Of a stretch of 64,000 nt of DNA, positions 55,684 through 64,000 are shown piece after piece. Source of the DNA: Eledone cirrhosa (Eukaryota); assembly GCA_964016885.1 (NCBI GenBank), contig OZ024746.1:78244001-78308000 (forward strand), written 5' to 3'. How positions within the stretch are numbered: the first letter of the stretch is position 1; each line of letters begins with the position of its first letter. Made by a program: the position numbers and the translations under genes. Below the pieces are notes generated by a model that saw only the letters and a list, made by a program, of their open reading frames with translations, searched no databases and was not told where the DNA came from.

Positions 55684-57606
55684 CCACACTGTAAATGTGG
55701 TTGGTGTTAGGAAGGGCATCCAGCCGTAGAAAGCTTGCCAGGCAGTCCTATATGAGCGAGACACGGTCACCCAAACCAACCTTGCCTCAAGTGGCACAAC
55801 TCCCGTCTAACCCATGCTAGCGTGGAAGATGGACGTTAAGCGATGATGATGATGATGATGATGGGGATGATATCACATCATCATCACCATTTAACATCTA
55901 TTTTTCCATACTTGCAAGGGTTTGACGGGTCATCCGTGTCAAGAGACTAGTCTGGCCAACATTGGCTATGCTGTACCTTGCTCTGATGGGACTAAATTTA
56001 GCTCGGGCTTTTACAGCTGGATACCTTTCCTAACACCAACCACATTTACAGTGTGGGACTGAATGACACCATTATAATGAAGAACAGGCCAGTTATTCAC
56101 GCCAAACCCTTCTCACGGCGGAACCATAGTTTTGGAGCCGGATGGCACTGCTGTGTGTGTATATGTGTGTGTAATGTGTAAAAAACATGAAAAAAAAAAC
56201 AGTTCTAGAGAACAGTATATTTCAATTATGGTATTTAAATATAAAAGTTATAGAAGGTTTGTAACGTTTTGGACACTAGTCCTTCATTAGAAGATAAATG
56301 TAGAGAGACAAGAGGACTGTTTGGAAAGGAGAAAGAAAAGGAAGACAAGCTGGGGTGGGGGGCACTGTACTTACTTGTGAGCTATCTTAGAAGAAGTGTA
56401 TATATTTGTATGGTATTGTATTAGTACATTACTTAACCCCTTCGTTACCAAAATTCTTATCAGAGACTCTATGATTTTCAGATAATTTTGAAAATATTGA
56501 AGATTTGGGAGGGATTTTGTAATATAACTGACTTTGTCATTATTAAGTTGGTGTGATGAATATAACTTAACAAAGGTTCTTATAAAATTTGTGTATTCAG
56601 TCAGCTTTTTTTATTCATTTTATATCAATTTTATTTATTCCTTATTCATAGTAAACAGTTTAGCTGCCATATCCTGAGAATATTTATTATAGCAGCCATG
56701 TTTGTCTAATCTCCAACTTTTCTTCTGTTTTCTCAGTCTTTTGTATTATTGAAGTTCTATTTATTTAAAACATTTGTTTCTTTGTTTTAAACATCATCAC
56801 CACCACCACCACCACCATGGCCATCATCACCACCACCACGGCCAACACAACCACCATCACTGCCACCACCACAGCCAACACAACAACCATCATCACCACC
56901 ACCACCACCACCACCACTGCTACCTTTATGGCCATCACTACTGCCACTGCTATGTCCACCATCATCATCACCACTACCACCACCATAACCATTACCATCA
57001 CCACCGCCACCACTACCATCACCACCACCACCACCATCCTCACCACCTCAACTATGGCCACAACCATCACCACCACAACCATTACCACTACAACCATTAC
57101 CACCACCACCACCACCACCATCCCAACTATGGCCACAATCATCCCCACCACCACAACCATCACCCCAACTATGGCCACAATCATCACCACCACCACAACC
57201 ATCACCCCAACTATGGCCACAATCATCACCACCACCACAACAATTACCCCTACAACCATTACCACCACTACCACCACCACAACCATTACCACCGCCACAG
57301 CCATCACCACTACCACCACAACCATCACCACCGCTCCAACTATGGCCACCACTATTAATGTCCAGAAATCTGAAGGAAAGACATGATATTTTGGTTTAGC
57401 AATTGGAGATTGTCTGCACCGAATGACTTTTTAATGTTCCTAGGTTTTATGAAATATATAAACACATACATGCATACACATACACATATACATATACACA
57501 CTCATATCTACACATACACACACACACACATTAATCTATATACATATATACACCTACCTGTATATTTGCATGCCTCTGTGTATGTTTGTGTGTGTGTGTG
57601 TGCATG

Positions 57607-57649
<43 letters not shown>

Positions 57650-58128
57650 GCACACACATATATAGTATAAAGTTTGTATGTGTAGGCGTGCATGCATATA
57701 TGTGTTTGTGTGTATATATGTATGTCAGCATACATCTATATTGGCTGTTGTGTGTATATATATATATATGTGTGCCTGTGTTAACGTGCATACGTGTCTG
57801 TTGTGTATTAGTTTGAGAGAGAGAGAGTGGGAGAGAGAGAGATGGTGGTGTTGGTGGTGGTGATGATTTGATTGTGCAAACAGATAAATTTATTTGGTTT
57901 TATTTTTAAAAAAATAACACAATTAGAAAAAAAAAAAATCTTTTCTTTTCTACTCAGATTAAATATTTCTTTTTTTTTTACTTATTTTTTTTTATAACTC
58001 CTCCTCTTATTTAGTATCCAATATCTTTTTTAACACGTGTGTGTATGTATGTGTCTATATATGTATATATATATGTATATATATAAATATATATATATAT
58101 ACATATATATATATTTATATATACATAT

Positions 58129-58203
<75 letters not shown>

Positions 58204-58248
58204 TTTATATACATATATATATATACATATATTTATATACATACATAA

Positions 58249-58305
<57 letters not shown>

Positions 58306-58578
58306 GAGTTATTTCAAATAGATTTGTTTATGATTTCTTGATTTTTATTAATAAAATGTGTTTGTATTTTCTCCTCCTCCATTTTTTATTTCAACTTGAT
58401 CTAATTTAGATATATATATATATACTATATATATAATATATATATACTCTATATGTATATATACACTCTATATATACACTATATATATCATTTTTTAATG
58501 TGTGTATGTTTAACATATCATCACCATCATCATATAACATCTGTTTTTTCAGTCATATCTCTCTTTCTCTATTGTTTA

Positions 58579-58634
<56 letters not shown>

Positions 58635-58677
58635 TGAATGTGTAAAGCAATACTATGTTAAACAATAATATATTGTA

Positions 58678-58769
<92 letters not shown>

Positions 58770-59571
58770 GTGTGCATGTGTATGTATGTATATGTATGTA
58801 TATCTATGTATGTATATGTATATATGTATACACATATATGTGTAAGACTGATAGTTGATCTCTCTCTCTACAGATGTATAAGGATGCTTAAAGAATAGAG
58901 CTGTAATTGTTAATTCTAAAACAGATTCACAAATATTTGGTATAAGGCGGGGAGGGAGAGAGGGGTAAAAAATACATATATACATATCTTTTTTTCTTTC
59001 TTTCTTACTTTTCTTTCTCTTTTTATTTTCGTTTCTTTCCTTCCATCTTCCATTCTTTTTTCTTCTTTTACTTCTATTCTTTATTTTATCTCCTTTTCTT
59101 TCTTTACATTTCCCTTCTTTCTTTTGCTCTTTCTCTCTCTCTTTCTTCTTGTCTTTCTTATATTTTCCTTCCTTGTCATTTTTTCACTCTTTCTTTCTCT
59201 CCCTGTTCCTTCTCTCCCCCCCCCCCTAAAGGGTGTGGATACTATCTGACTTGAACATCTCCTTGTTGTTGTTATTGTTGTTGTTCTGTTGTTGTTGTTA
59301 GTGTTGTTGTTGTTACTGTTGTTGTTGTTGTTGTTAGTGTTGTTGTTGCTGTTGTTGTTGGTTTGCACTCTTATTGCTGTTGTTGTTACTACTGTTGTTG
59401 ATACTGTTGTTGAGATATTGTTGTTCTTATTCTTGTTATTGTTATTATTGTTACTGTTGTTGTTGCTACTGTTGTTGAGACTGTTATTGTTCCTGTTGTT
59501 GTTTTTGTCATAACTGTGTTGTGGCTACCAAATATTTTGGTATTTCAGTATATTGTCTTTGGTTTGGTATT

Positions 59572-59802
59572 TTAACCCTTTACCATTCACATTACTCTAT
59601 ATATGCTATTATATTTTCATGGTAAAGGCTTTACCTCGCATAATTATCTCACATAATATCGAATCTATGAGATTTTGAAAGTATTTATTTTGAGAACAAT
59701 ACCTTAACATCAGTATGAGTAGCCAGTTACAGCCAGTTTCCACAGAAAGAGGTAGGCAGAGAATTCTGGCCGGTTGGAGCCGGTTTGAACATTAAACGGT
59801 TA
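59572..59802 (-). mobile_element. piggyBac-type MITE, degenerate right end
   Basis: TTAA-CCCTTTACCATTCAC start; body homologous to 32973-33188. Confidence 0.8.
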
Positions 59803-59979
59803 CAAAATGAATCTATGTCCTCGCCCCACTACCACCATGTCATTGTATGTATATATATATATATATATATATATGGGTGTGTATGCAACCATGTGTAACT
59901 ATATGTCTGTCTGTGTGTGTATGTCTATATATTTATATATATATATATATATACACATATATATATATATATATATATA

Positions 59980-60567
59980 CAGGGTGATTGAAAAGTAACT
60001 CCCTGTTTTAAAATTCTTATAATTTATTTCTTAACTCTAATTTTTACAAGAAATGAATATGAGAAGAAAGCGTATAGCATCATCATCATCATTGTTTAAC
60101 ATCCATCTTCCATACTAAATGATGATGATGATGATGATGATGATGCTATATGCTTTTTATTTAAAATTCAATATGGGCACCAGCATTTTCCACCAGCTTC
60201 TCAAGCCACTCAGGAACTGAATCAACTGATTTCACCAGGAACTCTTGAGGCATGGAAGACATAACTTCTCGTATTTGTCGTTCAAGTTCTACCAAAGTCA
60301 TTGGTTTGGTAGAGTAGACTTGCTCCTCTAACTGACCCCAAAGAAAAAAAGTCGCAGGGTATTAAGTCAGGGCTTCTGGCTGGCCACTCATGTGGACCAA
60401 GATGATCCACCCATCTCCCAGGGAAGGGGGCATTCAGCCATTCTCGAACAATAATAGCAAAATCAAATCTTCAATATTCTCCCAAGTACTGATAAATGGC
60501 CAGATTTCATCTTGCAGCATGGTAAGGTACCTTTTGGCATTCAATAGGAAGTTGCTTTTCAATCACC

Positions 60568-60570
<3 letters not shown>
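59980..60570 (-). mobile_element. Internally deleted Tc1/mariner-superfamily transposon
   Basis: TIRs CAGGGTGATTGAAAAG(T/C)AACT at both ends within TA; minus-strand remnant HEWPARSPDLIPCDFF/LWGQLEEQVYSTKPMTLVELERQIREVM (SPDL.P.DFFLWG motif, frameshifted). Confidence 0.9.
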
Positions 60571-60601
<31 letters not shown>

Positions 60602-60739
60602 CATGAAAGAATGGACGTAAAATGGTGATGATGATAATATATATATATATATGTGTGTATGGGTGGGTGAATGTGTATATATACATCGGTATGTCTATAT
60701 ATACATATACATATATATACATTTATATATATATATATA

Positions 60740-61049
60740 TGGGTACAAGCTGAAGCATATAGACAATATGCCCTCACACCATCCCACTGCAAGGTGGTCG
60801 TGGAGGTGGCACGACAAAAAAGCACCCAGCCCACACTGTAAAGTGGACGTGTAGGCGCCATGGAGAAAAAGCACCCAGCACTCACTGTAAATGAGGTTGG
60901 TGTTAGGAAGGGCATCCAGCTGTAGAAATCAAGCCAAAATCAGTTCCTGTATGAGCAAAGCATGGTCAGCCGACCAGACACAGCCCACAACAGGACAGCC
61001 CGTCTAACCCATGCTAGCGTAGAAGAACGGACGTAAAACGGTGATGATG

Positions 61050-61050
<1 letters not shown>
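60740..61050 (+). mobile_element. RTE family A 3'UTR fragment
   Basis: Reverse complement of 5786-6105. Confidence 0.88.
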
Positions 61051-61110
<60 letters not shown>

Positions 61111-61119
61111 TTATAAAAT

Positions 61120-61345
61120 AACAGGAGGCTGGACTGGTGTAAATGGAGAGTACTCAACGTAATGCAACTCACCCGTCTTCGTTTGTATGTTATTTTATAA
61201 TAATTAACTCTGTACTCGCACCACCAACTACACAAACGAAGACGGGTGAGTTGCATTACGTTGAGTACTCTCCATAATATTACATCGAGGTTCACCATAC
61301 GGAATGACAAGTTCTATCCAGTGGTGAACCAACAAACCTAAATAA
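61120..61345. mobile_element. PLE-like terminal repeat (H3-related) with a perfect 44-bp inverted repeat
   Basis: 61143-61186 is the exact reverse complement of 61232-61275; flanks homologous to 20101-20301. Confidence 0.8.
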
Positions 61346-61472
61346 ATGTATATATATTTTGAGTATATGTTGGTTGTATACCAACACCTCAGTATGCAGG
61401 CTGGAGCACTCGACGAAGTGCGCAGGTTGGTTTGGTTACTCCGGAGTAATTTAAAATTTAGCTTCGTTTATT

Positions 61473-61525
61473 ACTGCTATATATATTTCGGTGACAGCCA
61501 TCTTTGACTGTGACCTTCAGGCAGT
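61473..61525 (-). ncRNA. Type I hammerhead fold with a deletion in the CUGAUGA box
   Basis: Minus strand ACTGC-CTGAA-GGTcACAGTCA(AAGA)TGGCTGTcACC-GAAA-TATATA-TA-GCAGT; stems I-III present. Confidence 0.6.
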
Positions 61526-61867
61526 TCGAATTAGTGTGGTATAGACAAGTACATATGTTGTTGAGGTGTATAATTTTGTCAATACTCTGATATGCCCAGT
61601 TCCTGGTTAGGTTGTTATTTCTCTGAGGAACTGGCATCATAAATATATATATATATATATGTCTGTATGTATATGTATATTTCTGTGTATAGATGTATGT
61701 ACCTATGTTTATATTTGTGTATGTATCTATAGATGTATGTATATAAATTTAAATATGTGTATGTATCTGTATAGATGTGTGTATATATATATGTTTATAT
61801 CTGTGTATGAATGTCTGTATACTTATATATATATATATATATGCATAAGTGTAGGTGTTTGTGTATA

Positions 61868-61915
<48 letters not shown>

Positions 61916-62404
61916 CATATATATGTGTACATGTGTGTATATATATATATATGTGTGTGTGTGTGTGCATGTGGATGTACAGGAAAGTGTGTGTGTGTAG
62001 ATATATGGTATATGTATGTGTATATGTAGTTATGTGTGTGTGCATGTGTAGATGTGTGGTATATAGATGTATGTAGGTATATATATATGTTTATACGAAA
62101 CCATAGTTGAATGTTCAGTAAGAAATATCATTATAAAACTGACTGCAATGTTGTCTGTCTTTGTAGACTCTTGTTATTGTCTGATAGAATCAGAATCTGC
62201 TAATATTGTCATGTTGGTGCCACTTGTTATATACTGTATGTGATTAGAGTCTTAATTTTTCGAGGTGAGGCATGGATGGATGGGGGGAAAACACATTAAT
62301 GATATGTATAGAGATAGATGTGTATGTATGTATGTATGTATGTATGTATGTATGTATGCATATATGTATGTATATATATACATATGTATGTGTATATATA
62401 TATA

Positions 62405-62480
<76 letters not shown>

Positions 62481-62575
62481 CATATATATGTATGTGTGTG
62501 TATATATATATATATACATAGACAATTTATATATATACATATGTATTTGTGTGTGTGTGTATATATATATATAAA

Positions 62576-63636
62576 TCAGCAGTGGGGGAGGGTGCTCTGA
62601 AAGTACAGTAGCTAGAGTCAGAACTGGATGGAAAAAGTTCAGAGAGCTTATACCACTATTAGCCGCTAGAGGGTTCTCCCTAAAAATGAAAGGCAGGTTG
62701 TATGATGCCTGCATACGAACAGCAATGTTGCATGGCAGCGAGACCTGGGCATTGTGCGCAGAGGATATACGCAGACTAGAGAGGAACGAAGCTTGCATGC
62801 TCCGCTGGATGTGCAATAGTAATATACGTGAACGGCAAAGCATAAACGAACTAAGGAAAAAATTAGAAATAAGAGGGATCAGATGTTGTTTACTCGAGAG
62901 AAGGCTACGTTGGTACGGTCACGTGATGCGCATGAAAGACGACAGCTGTATAACAAAGTGCAGGGCAATAAAGATAGACGGTAGCCACGGAGTAGGCAGA
63001 CCCAGAAAAACATGGGACGAGCTGATAAATTCCGACCTCACACGCTTACACCTCTCCAAGACAATGTCACTGGACCGAGACCTTTGGCGGTACTCAGTAA
63101 TAGAGAAGACCAGCCTTACCTAAATACAAAGTAAAAACCTACTACAGTCAGTAGGCATCTCTATCAAAACACACCCCCGTCCCATCACCTCCACCCCATC
63201 CACACCGCCCCTTTCAATGTAAAGTTATGTTGGTTCCACAACATCCAGGCCGAAACAAATGAGATCGTGTAGGTGTCACGACAAAAAAACACACAGTCCA
63301 CGCTGTAAATATGGCCGTGTAGGCAACACGGTAAAAACCTCCCAGCCCCACACTGTAAATGTGGTTGGTGTTAGGAAGGGCATCCAGCTGTAGAAAACCC
63401 GCCAGACAGTCCACGCTGTAATGTGGCCGTGTAGGCAACACGGTAAAAACCTCCCAGCCCCACACTGTAAATGTGGTTGGTGTTAGGAAGAGCATCCAAC
63501 TGTAGAAAACCCGCCAGACAGTCCTATGCGAGCAAGACAACCACTCTTGCCTCAAGTGGGAAAACCCCCGTCCAAACCCATGCAAGCGTGGAACACGGAC
63601 GCTAAACCTGATGATGATGATGATGATGATGATGAT
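62576..63636 (+). mobile_element. RTE LINE 3' end (family C), open frame to 63123, ~500-nt 3'UTR with a tandem duplication
   Basis: [29 protein letters not shown]...LHGSETW...[12 protein letters not shown]...GRPRKTWDELI; ~113-bp UTR block duplicated within ~63295-63525; (GAT)n tail. Confidence 0.92.
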
Positions 63637-63898
63637 ATATATATATATATATATATGTGTATATATATGTGTATATATAGGTGTGTATATATATATATGT
63701 ATGTGTATATATATAGGTATGTATGTATATGTATGTGTATATATATATGTATGTAATTTATATATATGTATGCATATATGTATATATATATGTATGTATG
63801 CATGTATATGTATGTATGCATGTATGTATGTATGCATGTATATGTATATATATGTATGTAGATATATATATGTATATATATATGTATATGTATATGTA

Positions 63899-63937
<39 letters not shown>

Positions 63938-63939
<2 letters not shown>

Positions 63940-64000
63940 TCATCATCATCATCATTTCATTTTTACGTCCGCTTTTTCCCTGCTTGCAAGGGTGGGACGG
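63938..64000 (-). mobile_element. 3' tail of an S1 SINE (or RTE-B), cut by the window edge
   Basis: Reverse complement of CCGTCCCACCCTTGCAAGCAGGGAAAAAGCGGACGTAAAATGA. Confidence 0.8.

Noticed and set aside
56765-57386. His-rich and Thr-rich ORFs
   Set aside because: (CAC)n-derived low-complexity repeat, like 15830-16380 and 41350-41900.

Overview
This is AT-rich eukaryotic intronic or intergenic DNA, most consistent with an octopus/coleoid cephalopod genome (inferred from the SINE, RTE and microsatellite landscape, not proven). No host protein-coding gene can be supported: nearly all listed ORFs are translations of (TA)n/(TG)n/(CAT)n/(GTG)n repeats. The window is a mosaic of 5'-truncated LINE ends (CR1-like, L1/Tx1-like, several RTE families), two main tRNA-derived SINE families, TTAA-targeting piggyBac-type MITEs, TA-targeting MITEs, an internally deleted Tc1/mariner element and many minisatellites. 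The most interesting hidden signal is a dispersed set of about 11-12 type I hammerhead-ribozyme (HHR) cores or remnants, from several distinct Penelope-like-element (PLE) terminal-repeat families, embedded in (TA)n tracts. One is structurally complete (28380-28430). Several sit at the apex of long near-perfect fold-back hairpins, three carry the same CUGAUGA->CUAAUGA change, and three families share a GTATTGAGTA motif about 40-50 nt downstream of the cleavage site. All structures were read by eye and coordinates of degenerate repeats are approximate.
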